Positions 12,535 through 23,979 of a stretch of DNA of 32,000 nucleotides are shown here, piece after piece. The translations under genes were made by a program, and so were the position numbers. How positions within the stretch are numbered: the first letter of the stretch is position 1; the number at the start of each line of letters is the position of its first letter. Source of the stretch: Mycobacterium leprae TN (GTDB lineage: Bacteria > Actinomycetota > Actinomycetes > Mycobacteriales > Mycobacteriaceae); the NCBI RefSeq assembly GCF_000195855.1, contig NC_002677.1, forward strand, positions 3,150,001 through 3,182,000, given 5' to 3'. The notes under the pieces are model-generated. The model made no database searches. It was not told the DNA's origin and saw nothing but the letters and a program-made list of their open reading frames with translations.

Positions 12535-12570
12535 AGATGTCCAGCTACATCACTATGTAGCTGGACATCT
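12535..12570. repeat. Perfect 16-bp inverted repeat with 4-nt loop
   Basis: agatgtccagctacat-cact-atgtagctggacatct; arms are 12535-12550 and 12555-12570. Confidence 0.9.
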
Positions 12571-12799
12571 TTACCTCTTCACCTAGCTTATTATGGTTAG
12601 GTACTCAGCACCCCGTTCCGTGCGATACCACCGACGGTGAGCACCAAGGGTGTATACCACGCCGGTATAGCGATTGTCTGCACCTTGCTCCAGCCGCGTG
12701 GGTCGTTGAGCATTGATACGTCAGGCATCAGGGTGACCACGGCTGGGGCACTGCTGTGGTCATTGATCTAGGTTAAACTCGCGCCAGAAGCCACCGATC

Positions 12800-13220
12800 A
12801 CAGCACTGACGAAGCCATTCAGGCAATACACGGCATCTGCAGCCGGAGTGGTAATTGGTCAAGATGGTGGTCAACGCACTCACCATTGGCTCCGGGGGTT
12901 CAGCTGGACGCGAAGACCCCACGGCCCCAATCTCCGCTGGCTTCGCTTTGTTGCTGACACGACGGCTCGGCCTGTCCGACAAGAACGGCCGGATCGCGGC
13001 AGCGTTGGGCATTAGCACAATCTTCACAGCACCGCTAGACGATGGGAGTATGGCGGTATCGATCGTCTACCGCGACAACTGCGACCACCGCCAGCTGATC
13101 CCGGGGTTAATTACCCCTGGGAGAGCCTACGCAGTGCATGGATCGGTGTTGGATGTTACCCTTCACTGGTCAACTACATCAACGCCGTGTATCGCTTCGA
13201 AAAAGCGTGACCGATGAGAA
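12800..13220 (+). pseudogene. ClC-type chloride channel pseudogene fragment (Rv0143c-like)
   Basis: VVKMVVNALTIGSGGSAGREDPTAPISAGFALLLTRRLGLSDKNGRIAAALGISTIFTAPLDD...SIVYRD. The GSGGSxGRExP motif is characteristic of ClC, but the surrounding transmembrane domain is missing. Confidence 0.8.
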
Positions 13221-14329
13221 AGTTTGTGGTGATAAAATTTGGCTGCGACAGCAGCCGCTACCTGTACGACTTAATTACACGCGTCGGTGCTAATCACTTA
13301 GCGACCTTCGCGGCGGGCAGGTACTCAAACCCACCCTGGGTGGACTCCTGGGACTGCTAGATCCCGGGTCTTGGACAATAGTTATGACTGGACACCGCTC
13401 GGAGTCACTAATGGCGGTCCCGTTTGTTGGCTTGTAGCGGTACTCGCGATCACTAAAGATCGTCGGCACATCAGTGTCAATCAGCACTAGCAGCTCAGGA
13501 TAGTTGTGCGGACTACTCCGAGTACTGGATGCCCCGGGTATAGCGATTTCTGCTCGAGTAGATCTTTCAACGCATAGTTAGACAGCTTGCCGAGCGCCGC
13601 TGGCAAATCATGATCATGGTCGCGGAGATGACCAACGCATTCTCGAAGCAGTGCAGCCACCTAAACCAGCCGTGGTAGGCAAGCGAAGGCAGCACTGAAC
13701 CGACCAGTTAAGGCTGAATTGCCCAACCTCAACGGGCCGTTACCAGGGAACGTAACAATGCGTGCACCCTTCACCTTATGATTCCAAACTCCAGCAGATC
13801 ACAGATTCATCGTACGTTGGACCGCAAACTATTTCCCTAGACAGGATGGCAATGTGACGACGCCGTTTGACGACATTCAGGTCGAGCTGACGTGAACCGT
13901 GCCTACAGTGTCTATGTGACGTATAGTGATCGAGACTAAGGTTTCGCGGTGCTCAGCGATGACTCCACCTGCTGGAGCAGCGTCACCCGAGATTCGTTCG
14001 ACAAGCAGACTCTCCGGCATCGCCATCGAGCGAAGCAAACAGATCTTCGAGATCAACATCGAACGATGCGCTGCACCAATTAAGGCGACGCCGGGATCGT
14101 TGAGGGGGCAGGCCGACAGCATCACTCCCGGCGTGCGGTACGACAGCACCTGCATTTTCAGCTTAGACACCCGTGACGGACTTGTGTCGATCCGCGAATA
14201 CAGCGGCACCGGCAACGGTCACTCCGCTGTAGTAGCTGGCGTCAATTTTGAACGGGCAGTAAGTTAGCTGGTGTCGGTGTGGAACTAAGCCGGACGGTGA
14301 CGACGATTGAGAGCTTAACGCTTCCCAAG

Positions 14330-14990
14330 TCACACGGGCAGGGCCAGTCCGAACTCATAGCGATGGTATTGCGCCATCGTCCACAGTTCCGGGACCGGCC
14401 TACCTGGAGTTGAGAGCTTACCCGACCACCGACATGCAGGCGACACCAGGTTGAATATGTCGCTGTCAAACACCGATTCGACGCACCAAAAGGCGCGACG
14501 CCGAAAAAGCGTACACAATTTCAGCGGGACTGACGATCCACCAGCAAAGTTTGGCGCAGGTTGGACGAACCACCGCATTGATCACCTGGGAGCGAATTCC
14601 GAAAGTGTTGAATACGTCGAACCGCATAGCCGGCTCACCGGAAAACGCTCGGTGATGTAGCGTAGCAACGCCAATCGTTCATCTTTCGACAAGTACACCA
14701 TAATACCCTCAGCAATGAACAAGGCCAGAGGCGCGGATGAGTTATCACCGCCAGCCAGAACAAAATCGGTCACCGACGTCGGAAACATCCAATAATTCGT
14801 GCAAACGAGACATAGCTGTCGGCACAACGCGATGACTTCAGGAGAGTGGATATCTTACCAGCACACACTCGCAGGGAATTCCAGTCTCTCACGTCGAGCA
14901 ACCAGACCACAACCCGTGTACAGCACTACCGCTTCATCGTGCACAGCTAAGTATGGAGCTGGAGCGTCTAATTGTCGAAGCCAGCGGGGC
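14330..14990 (-). pseudogene. PPM1/LCMT-type (leucine carboxyl methyltransferase fold) methyltransferase pseudogene
   Basis: Minus-strand fragments AVVLYTGCGLVARRERLEFPASVCW*DIHSPEVIALCR, then TNYWMFPTSVTDFVL, then ALFIAEGIMVYLSKDERLALLRYITERFP, then MRWFVQPAPNF. Confidence 0.7.
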
Positions 14991-15449
14991 TAACAACGAC
15001 TTACGGGGTCCGTAGCACGTTTGCTTATAAACGTTGTCGACCTACGCATAGTCAATACAAGCCACAGCAACCCTCGTGTAATGGTCAGCCAGTATCAAGT
15101 GAGGAACATCGGTGTCGAACACTTTGGCGGATCCATCGACATGCACCCATTCCATGTGCACGAACCTATTCCGATGGGGCAGCGGCGATCTTTCGAGTCG
15201 TTCCGCATCGCGACCCAGAACTGAACATCCGCACGGATCGATTCCTCGACCAGGAACGATTCCCAACTCAACTCCCGTACGACCCTGCCGTGATCGATTT
15301 CTGATTCGGTGCACGTCGTCCGCACCGACGCTAAGCTGAGGTTCGACATCTTTGCCGGTGAGCCGAGCTCGCAAGCTTCCCCGTAACGCCCGGACCGTTA
15401 CAATATCGGGGTCGAGATAGGACCGTTGCGGCTGCGGCACGCCGGCTTA

Positions 15450-15690
15450 ATCGGCCGCAATACTCACGACTTGCTGCAACGGAATCATCCAAATTCAGAT
15501 ACATATCGCTAGACGAGAATTTGCAGCCGATGCCGTTCATCAAAAACGGCAGCTTGCCGAAAACCACGCAGGAAATGAAAGCTTCAGGGTGGGCATGGCC
15601 ACTACCGTACGTCGTCGAGAAGCACATTGCGACGACGAGCAGGCCGAACGCGGCCACGTAACACATCATCAAATCCTCAGCAGGCAAACT
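15450..15690 (-). pseudogene. Possible acetoacetate-decarboxylase-family remnant (tentative)
   Basis: MYLNLDDSVAASREYCGRLSRRAAAATVL weakly resembles the D-x(n)-GREIWGFPKK motif region. No intact frame. Confidence 0.2.
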
Positions 15691-16328
15691 ATATGGGACT
15701 TAGGGCATCAGGGCGGTGGTGACGATCACATTGGCCCCGATTGGCACTTACCCACAGCGCCGGCCCACCATTGCGTAGACACTGGTGAAGAGAATCTGCA
15801 CAAGCCAGGCTGCTGAGGCGCGACCAAAGATATTACGACGCCCTTCACACACCCACTCATGCGAAACAATAGCTACTTGCCGCGTAACCACGCGGCAGTG
15901 TCGACTACCCAGCAGTACACGTCACCCGCAGCAGTCCATCACCTCGCGTAGGGTGGCGACGTCGAAACAGGCGCAGGGAAACCGTGTGGAGTACAAGACA
16001 CCGATAACACAAGTGCTGGAGGTGAGTCAGACCATCGCCAACACATCGCGTTTCACAGGTGTAACGTTGGTAACAAACTTGTGTATCACATACGAGCTGA
16101 GGAAACCGTTGGCGACGATGACCAATGCGAGTGTGGTGCTCACCGATTCCTCACTCCCCATAGCTGTTCTCAGCGCATACAGTAACACTGCCGCGACGTT
16201 ATAGCGTCCCCAGGGCTTGCTTACAGCACAACTACATCTACACCCCCGCCCCGCAAGAAACTCAGCGGGTTAGGGTTTTAGTAAGTAAGATAGTTCTGTT
16301 GACGACACCACTGACAGACGGCGACGTA

Positions 16329-16374
16329 AGTAATGATGGATGTATTGGTCGAGTAATGATGGATGTATTGGTCG
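16329..16374. repeat. 23-bp perfect tandem duplication (2 copies)
   Basis: agtaatgatggatgtattggtcg at 16329-16351 and 16352-16374. Confidence 0.92.
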
Positions 16375-16864
16375 CGGTGGGTGTAATCCCGTCACTAAAG
16401 ATCGGACACTGGGTTGTCTGGTTTGCAGATGATGCGCTCGGTAGGTTCATCGGACTGATCACAACGACGAAAACGTGATCATGTGGCTCACGGGGAAGGG
16501 CTTAATCGTCTGCTCAATCCAAGCACGCACCTGATCGTGTTCGGGCATGGCGCACACCGCATGCTGGATCTACGTGACGTCCAGTGTCTACTGAGCGATC
16601 TAGGAGTACCATACTAATGTTTCAACGGCCCGAGCGACCGGTCTCCTGGAAATTCTCAAATGCGACGGACAGCTCGCAACGGAAGAACAGCCAGGTAGTC
16701 ACGCAAGCACCCGGAAAATGTTGGCTAGGCGGATTTTCTTGGCGCAATTCGATCGCACATCCGGTTTCCGAATGCCGTTACATCTCATTCGTCTGAGTGT
16801 AACCTGGCTAGGGACCGTCATCGGCCCCAGGCACCATCGCTGGTAAAGCCAACAGGGAGAGTCA

Positions 16865-17398
16865 ATGGCAAGGACAAACACCCGAAAAGCGATCCTCGCC
16901 GGCGGCTGTTTCTGGGGAATCCAAAATTTGTTCCGCCGACAACCCGGTGTGATATCGACCCGGGTTGGCTATACTGGCGGCGGCACACCCAACGCGACAT
17001 ACCGTAATCACGGCATGCACGCCGAGGCGGTCGAAATCATCTATGACCCAGCGATCACTGATTATCGCACACTATTGGAATTTTTCTTCCAAATCCACGA
17101 TCCGACAACACGAAATCGGCAAGGAAACGACCAGGGTACCAGCTACCGGTCGGCCATCTTCTACCTCGACGACGAACAAAAGAAAGTTGCGCTGGACACC
17201 ATAGCCGCCGTCGAGGCTTCCAGCCTATGGCCTGGCAAAGTAGTGACCGAGGTCAGCCTCGCTGAGGACTTCTGGGAGGCCGAGCCTGAGCACCAGGATT
17301 ACCTGCAGCACTATCCCAACGGGTACACCTGCCACTTCGTTCGTCCCAACTGGAAGTTGCCACGACGAGCCCCCGCAGACGCAAAAGCCGACAGCTGA
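16865..17398 (+). CDS. msrA: Peptide methionine sulfoxide reductase A
   Basis: 177-aa intact ORF with the GCFWG catalytic motif ([16 protein letters not shown]), [28 protein letters not shown]. Confidence 0.97.
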   Translation: MARTNTRKAILAGGCFWGIQNLFRRQPGVISTRVGYTGGGTPNATYRNHGMHAEAVEIIYDPAITDYRTLLEFFFQIHDPTTRNRQGNDQGTSYRSAIFYLDDEQKKVALDTIAAVEASSLWPGKVVTEVSLAEDFWEAEPEHQDYLQHYPNGYTCHFVRPNWKLPRRAPADAKADS

Positions 17399-17419
17399 TC
17401 GGCTAGGACCCCAGGCGGT

Positions 17420-18310
17420 CAGCGTTGACGCAGGATCCACTCGCCCGCCATTTCTTGGGGTGTAGACTACCCCGCGCAAGTGCTATCGTTCACCAGGCGC
17501 CGTGGTGGTATCTATAATCCAGTAGCGCAACACCATTTTAAGCACCACATTCATTCCATCTCCATCTTGGCAAATGGACACACATCGGCTCGTGCCGCCG
17601 CTGAACGGGGATCCACGCGAAGGAGGATGGCTTGTGTTCGACGTACCGCCGCGGATCGCAGTGCTCCGAGACCACGGACAGGCCAGTAAATTTGCGCAAT
17701 GCTAATCAAGATCGAATCCTCTCGGGGAATGGCCCATTCGCTGAGGTGGTACACGGACGAATAGACGCGACGAGCGGCGAAATCGATGACCGTCCTGGTC
17801 CACTGGACTCCCAGGTATAGTCGCCTGACGCAGCGCGGGGGCAGGATCATCACCTGGCATTGTCGCCCCCATCGATGATGGATCGGCCAGCACCCCCAGG
17901 TGCTGGCTCAACAATTAGAAGAGGCCGACTAGAGTGGCCGCGGTGGGATGGAGCCGGCGCAGTTCGTCTAGTTCGGAGCCGAAACCTGCGCGCATGATGA
18001 CATTGATCGTGATCCGATTAATCAAACGGCAGTGTGGCAAAAGGCTAGCCTTCAGGCCAGTTCTAAGCCCCCACAGCGGCTCTGCTTCGAAGATACGCAC
18101 GTGATTCTTCATGCACGTGCCGTGCAAACGGCGGCGAAGCCGCTCTGCCGTAGATCGGGAGTCGAGCATGAAAATGTCGTGATTGCAGCGCGCCTGGCGT
18201 TCGACGGTCCATCGCGGTAACACGGCAACGCCAAGGAACTTCAACACCTTTGGGAGCCGGTAAGCAGGGAAACCTAAATTAAAAACCGTAGCGATCGCTA
18301 AGATCAGCAC
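17420..18310 (-). pseudogene. cyp138: Cytochrome P450 pseudogene (cyp138-like) with internal deletions
   Basis: Minus-strand fragments PKVLKFLGVAVLPR, IFMLDSRSTAERLRRRLHGTCMKNH, INVIMRAGFGSELDELRRL, HPTAATLVGLF*LLSQHLGVLAD, RTVIDFAARRVYSSVYHLSEWAIPRED, FAKMEME, GVVYTPRNGGRV. Confidence 0.82.
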
Positions 18311-19167
18311 CCGAATTAGGGACGGCGCCATACTGTACCGGCCCATTGGCCCTAACACGGTGTCTTGCGGAACCAAGCCCGACAGAGCCTCAAATGCACC
18401 GAAAAGAGCTCCGTAAATGACTTCAACAACAATTTCACGTGCGACGCGGTTCTGTGCTACACCAAACCCTTTTCGGTATCAGCTGCCAGACAACCTAGCC
18501 ACCTCGATCGGCTAGCGTTACTGCCGAGCGAGCACAGCACACAGCATAGTCCGACGCTCGAACCCCTTGGTTGCACGACATTGCCGAACTCGCTTAGGTA
18601 GTATAACGGGCGCCGAATCCAATTTCGCCCGGAATCGCCCTGTCAACACCGAAACATGATTAGTCAGCACATGGCCGCACCACCGCGGTGGAGGACTTCT
18701 GTCCACCCACTACAGAAGCATATCTCGGGCTGCAGCGAATGCCGCGACTAGGTGGTAGATGAACGCACTGGTGAAATACGGGACATGAGATGATGGCCTG
18801 GCTGCTTGCTGATCGGCGGGATGCGTGGGCAACGGCGGTGCATGACTAAACCTAGCTCCGCATCGTCAACGCCCACAAAACACTTGCAGTGCGTAGATTT
18901 GTTGGATGTCGCCATGCTGGATATAGCACCGTCACTATTGCAGTCCATGAACAGCTTTCACCGCAAAATTTGGGCAGCTTCACCATCGTTGGCATCGGTA
19001 CCGAATCGATGGACGACCGCGCCCTAATTACACTTCATGATTGAGGGGCTGGCAGCCGTCCTACTCGGTACCACCACCTGGCGCAGTCTCGTCGTGGCCG
19101 AGCTGGTGTGGACCGATGTGCCCTGCGACCGGGTCGATTGTTCGTGGTCGCGGCGGTACGGTCCCCT

Positions 19168-19195
19168 ATATGTATGTAGAAATATGTATGTAGAA
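19168..19195. repeat. 14-bp perfect tandem duplication (2 copies)
   Basis: atatgtatgtagaa x2 at 19168-19181 and 19182-19195. Confidence 0.85.
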
Positions 19196-19323
19196 ATCTT
19201 CCTCTATAGCGGCCAAGGCCCTAACAAAACAACCGGGCTAGCGGCATTCTGAACAGTTCCACTCTCACAGTTTTACCAAACAGTTTCCGATGATCCTGGA
19301 AGCAGATCGCATATTGTTGAGAA

Positions 19324-20169
19324 CTATGAGGTTGTAAGGAATACGTCATTAAGGGTGACGGTACGAAGATGTCGTGAACGGATGATGTCGATGAGCTGCG
19401 GGTAGACGTGGGTAACCGGTAGGTGGTTGAGATGTCCGATCACGATGGCTTGCGGAGTGAAATACTGGTCAGCCATCTTCACGATGTAATCCTCGGTGAT
19501 CAGCGTGGAATCCGACAGCGAACCCGACCATAAGGTTGGAACGGTGTAGCCGAGATCGACCGCCACCGCATCAACAGTGGCGTTGTGCTTGGCATACGGT
19601 GGACGCCAGTACGGTTGCGCGGCGATACCGTAGTTCTTCTTCAGGAAGTCGTCGTTGCGGTTAAGCTGTGTGGCTATCTCGCTTTTAGTCATTGCTGTCA
19701 GATCCGGGTGAGACCAAGTGTGGTTGCCGAGTTGGATCTGGCCAGATTCCACCAACGGTCGCAACATCGACATGTTGTCGGTCCAGGAGTCGTAGACTCC
19801 GTTGACGAAAAACGTCAGCCGTATGTCGGTGTCTTTGACAAACTGCACGTAGGAACGCACTACCTCGGTATTGACGCCGTCGTCGACGGTAAGAGCAAGC
19901 AGATCGCCACGACCCGGGATCTTAGATAGCACACCACCGCCAGGCAATGGAATGCGTGCACTCGTTGGTGGCGGCGGCAATACACCTGCGGCGTTAGGAG
20001 TCGGCGTCAACTCGGCAACCACCGGCGCTTGGACGAATGTTCGCGGTTGCGGGCCGACCACGAGGCGTACTGCGCCGAGGCCGGTCACAGTGGACACGGC
20101 AAGCGCGCCCAAAAAGCTACGCCGGTTTAGCGCTGACACAGCAAAGCCTCGAGCACACGTATGCACCAT
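19324..20169 (-). CDS. Exported polysaccharide deacetylase (NodB-homology domain)
   Basis: 281-aa intact ORF. It has a twin-arginine-like signal (NRRSFLGALAVSTVTGLG), NodB motifs LLALTVDDGVNTEVV, LGNHTWSHPDL and YWRPPYAKHN, and VIGHLNH near the C-terminus. The exact start codon is uncertain. Confidence 0.88.
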   Translation of the reverse strand: MVHTCARGFAVSALNRRSFLGALAVSTVTGLGAVRLVVGPQPRTFVQAPVVAELTPTPNAAGVLPPPPTSARIPLPGGGVLSKIPGRGDLLALTVDDGVNTEVVRSYVQFVKDTDIRLTFFVNGVYDSWTDNMSMLRPLVESGQIQLGNHTWSHPDLTAMTKSEIATQLNRNDDFLKKNYGIAAQPYWRPPYAKHNATVDAVAVDLGYTVPTLWSGSLSDSTLITEDYIVKMADQYFTPQAIVIGHLNHLPVTHVYPQLIDIIRSRHLRTVTLNDVFLTTS

Positions 20170-21299
20170 GACAGATCCAGCAAACCCAATCCGGTCATTG
20201 TGAGATGGTTTGCGGTGCGATACACGATAGACAAGCCCGCTTGCGGGATGCTCATGTCACCGACGTCGGCCTCCACAGCAGCAAACCGTACCACTAACAG
20301 GGAAAACTATGCCGGATAAGTTGCGGCAGGTCAGCCACTGATTGAAGATTCAATAGTTGACCTTCAATGACGTTTCCACCATCATGGTTGAGAAGCGTTC
20401 GAGTCCGGTTTTCGATACAGGTTCCGTCGCGGCAGCGAATGTTCCACATTAGGTAACCGGTGACTAGATGACGGGCTCTTACTATACTTATTTAAGATGT
20501 ATTGACCACGGTGCAGAGTGCGCTGCTGTGGAGCCGCGAGCGATTCGATTGTGGGGGAGATGGTGGAATTCGAGCACCACGACGCCGCTACCGCGCCAAG
20601 CACCGATCACGTCATCACGTGTCGTCCAATTTGGCTCTCAATGTATCTTGGCAGCTAGCTTGCTGGGGTGATGAGGACCGGTGACGTCGTTGTCGACAAG
20701 GTCGAGTCGGTGGATTGCCCTCTTCGCATTCTTAAGGAATGTGGCCGTTGCTAGCCGTGGGGTTTTCCTGAAATCGACAAGGATCTGCGCCAATACCGAT
20801 TCAGCGGCTAGGTACACCGCGCAGCGTGCCGATTCACCAAGTCTATAATCGGCCAACACACTACAGTCCGTACTGGGTCATCCTGAGCTCTTCTCCGGCA
20901 GTAATCATCGTCGAACCCGATGCACTTGGCTGATGGCCGACTGCCTGTTGGGTGACCAGACCAGAAACGCTACGAATTGATTAGCTACTTCCGTTGAAAC
21001 ACTGCCTACCGCAATCCAGCCGTAGGCGTCGTAAGTCGCCGGGGTCACTTGCGTAGGTATAGCATCCGATGACAAGACCGGCGCACGCTTGCTACCCATG
21101 TTGGAGCCGCAAGGTTGTCCACACTTTCCCGCTCGATCAGCGAATCAGCGCTGGAATTGACGACCGGCCGATCTGCAGTTATTACGAAAAGATATTTCGC
21201 CGCACATCCGATCGCGGGCTCGTGAGCTTTCCTAGTCGTCGAACTGTATCCGATACTAAACAATTGTCGAGCTGCAAGTCATCCGGCTGCCCGAATTAC

Positions 21300-22525
21300 T
21301 CAGGCACCCCAGAGTTGCGGGGCGGCAACTGTACAAGCTCGGCATCGGGGGTTCCCAGCACTACGGCCAGCGGGTGGATCGCGCGGCGAACGCCGGTGCG
21401 ACAAATGGCCAGTTAATGTCTTCCGGACTGGGTAACTACCACGCAATTGATCCCATTGGCCGCGGCTGGTGCTTGAGGACACTCCGGTGGGTTAGGACGC
21501 TAGGCAGGTGACCATCGAACCAGCCCGAAACCCCGGTGTAATGACCGTACCGAGTCATGACCATGATCGTGTCGAGGCAGGTCAGGCAGCGAAGTTGCTG
21601 CCAAACAACCCGACGATAGCTTGGTCCTTTGTGCCCTTGTTGGGGCGTAGGTCGTCGACGATGTCCCCGACGCTGGTGACGGCGGTCGCGCTGAAAATGT
21701 CTGGATGCATGACGGTCAAGTCGACGGCGCAAGTACCGCCCATCGACCAGATAGCGATACCCCAGTTGGTCAGAACTGCGGCCACCCCGAAATTCGGGGG
21801 CATGAATGGCACAACATCTTCCGCTAGATGGTCGGGGGGCGTTACCGCGGATCCCGTTGACGCACTCGGTGTCGGTGTCGAACGAGCCGGTGGGGTCAAC
21901 GAACATCAGCGTCGGAGCGAAGCCGTGATGACAGGCCGCGCGGTTTGTCGATGGTGTCGAAACCGCCCCTAGAGCGCAGCCAGTACGCAGGAGTGTTAAA
22001 GGCAGAACTATGATCATCATAACTGGCGGCAGCTGGTGAGACGGATTGCTTTTGAACCATGCCAGGGGCGAATACATCAGTTCCTGGCGGTGGGTAAAAC
22101 CGGACGCGGCGAAACTATGTCTACCGGCACCACGACACACTTGGTTGGCTTGATCCCGGCTATCTGCATTTCGGTGACATGCAGCCGATCGATCTGATCA
22201 GGCAAGGGCCCTGCCGTCAATTGATTCCAGGCAACTTGCACCGTGGGGAAATAACCGTCCCATAGATTCAAGACCAAGGTTGCGCACAGCGGCACCTACA
22301 GCAGCGCCAGACCACGGCGCTAACAGCGGGCACCTGACCAGCCCAGCAACAGTACGGCCGCAGCTAGCCCACTTAAAGTTACCCACAGCCACAACGACTT
22401 TTGTGCTGGGTCCCCAGCAACCCCAATCGAGGTGACGTACCAATACGCCAGCGCCGTCACAGCGGCTGCGACGCCTAGCACAACGGTAGTGTCCGTTTAA
22501 GCCAACGGCGCCTGGCCCATTACCT
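21300..22525 (-). pseudogene. Membrane-anchored/exported alpha/beta-hydrolase-fold esterase pseudogene
   Basis: Frames interrupted repeatedly: LWLWVTLSGLAAAVLLLGWSGA, PLCATLVLNLWDGYFPTVQVAWNQLTAGPLPDQ, HRQELMYSPLAWFKSN, LMFVDPTGSFDTDTECVNGIRGNA, DHLAEDVVPFMPPNFGVAA, NWGIAIWSMGGTCAVDLTVMHPDIFSA, INCVVVTQSGRH.WPF. Confidence 0.85.
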
Positions 22526-22799
22526 ATCGCTTTGATAACCATGAGCAGAGCAGAACCTTGTACGACCGCCGGCAATCAGTCGTGCAGCAAGAACGGTTGT
22601 TCGGTAATAGGAGCAACAATCGTAGCTTTCGTTAAATCCACTGACTGCGCGGAGTCGGATGGTACAAAAACAGAGCCAAAGGCGATTACTCTACTACCAG
22701 ACCAGCACCACTTTAGACCTAGTCTAAAGCCGCTGAAACTGCAATTCGATTGATTCATCGGTCAGGTGAGCGTATTGAACTTTAAGCAGGTCGCCCCAG

Positions 22800-23010
22800 C
22801 GCCGTGGCAAAGTTAGCATAAGCCAACAGGATTCTAACTCATGCTGGTGACCAAGCGCAGACTTATGCTATTGACGACGATCAAAGCTCTGAGGAACACC
22901 ATCACAGGGCCAGCCAGCACCAGGGATGCCCACTGCCAGTTGCGGCAATGCAATACAGGACCGGGATCACGGCCATGGAGATCGCTGGTACGACGAGCAC
23001 GTTCTCGACG
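22800..23010 (-). pseudogene. Possible C-terminal remnant of a P-type cation ATPase (tentative)
   Basis: Minus-strand reading VENVLVVPAISMAVIPVLYCIAATGSGHP ... VFLRALIVVNSISLRL resembles the last two TM helices of heavy-metal P-type ATPases (NVLAIP...SSVxVVxNALRL). Confidence 0.25.
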
Positions 23011-23979
23011 ACCAGGTATTGCCTAGTGAGATCAGCTTAGCTTGGTAAGCCGCCTGTTCTGTCGCCGATTATACCGCATGTTCCGGTATGGAATTCTGAT
23101 GGTGTTGCGGGATGAGGTGAAGTTTAGCCGGTCTTTTCGATTTCGGTGAACAACTTATGAGGATCATAGCCTAAAGTGACTGTGACGGTGTCTTTTTCGG
23201 TAGTGTAGTTTACGATGGAATTTCCCCAGACGAGATTATTCTAGTTTCTTTTTCGATGCGCGTAGCGCACGAGGCATACATAATTCCGGTGATCTTGAGC
23301 TCGATATGGCTCATCGTGGTCGGAGGGGCAGTTATCTTGGGCATGGGCGCTCTTTACTCTGGCATGCCAATGTACATCTGGAAGTTTGAAGCAGAGCAGG
23401 CGATTACGCCGCGCACGAGATCTACGATCGCAGCGGGAACCCGGATATCGACATGCAACCAAGCCGGCTTCGTTAACTGCATCCAGCACTGCGGCTTCCT
23501 CAATCGGCCTCAATCGGCGCAGAAACTGGTGGCGATGAGCCGGCCCGTCGTCCGGGCGGTCAATCGCTACGGCTTGGATACCAAAATCCTGCCTATCTGG
23601 CGCTGAATGGACACCTCGCAATGCCAACAGTTAACCCCCGGTTGCTATACTGTTAGTAATTATAGCATTCCTGCACTTAAATACCCAGCCGAGGCAAGCC
23701 TAACAATAAAATTGTAAACCGAAATAGGGTATATCTGTCAAGGACGTCACCACTGTTGGCAACAGTCTGGCATCCCCACACATCAAGTCAAGCCGCCAAC
23801 CGAATGGGATCGGACTGCCCGCCGGTGGCCGGTGTTGGTCTGGAGGCGGGCAGTGCTAGTGACAACTCGATGCATCGTAGCCTCAACTTGGCACTGTCGT
23901 AGTCAACATTAGGGATAAGGACATCATGACTGTCACCGTTGTCGATACGGCACCAAGGCTGCCAGCCAATCTGTTGAAG

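Noticed and set aside
13877-14267. Overlapping ORFs of 112 aa (minus) and 113 aa (plus)
   Set aside because: Both frames are open but neither gives a recognisable family. I could not choose a strand or support a real gene without a search.
15785-16204. 139-aa plus-strand ORF
   Set aside because: Low-complexity S/T/Q/R-rich translation with no family match, most likely chance in decayed sequence.
23256-23606. 116-aa plus-strand ORF with a hydrophobic N-terminus
   Set aside because: It has one potential TM helix (VILSSIWLIVVGGAVILGMGALY) but no identifiable family, and its downstream composition looks like out-of-frame pseudogene. Left unassigned.
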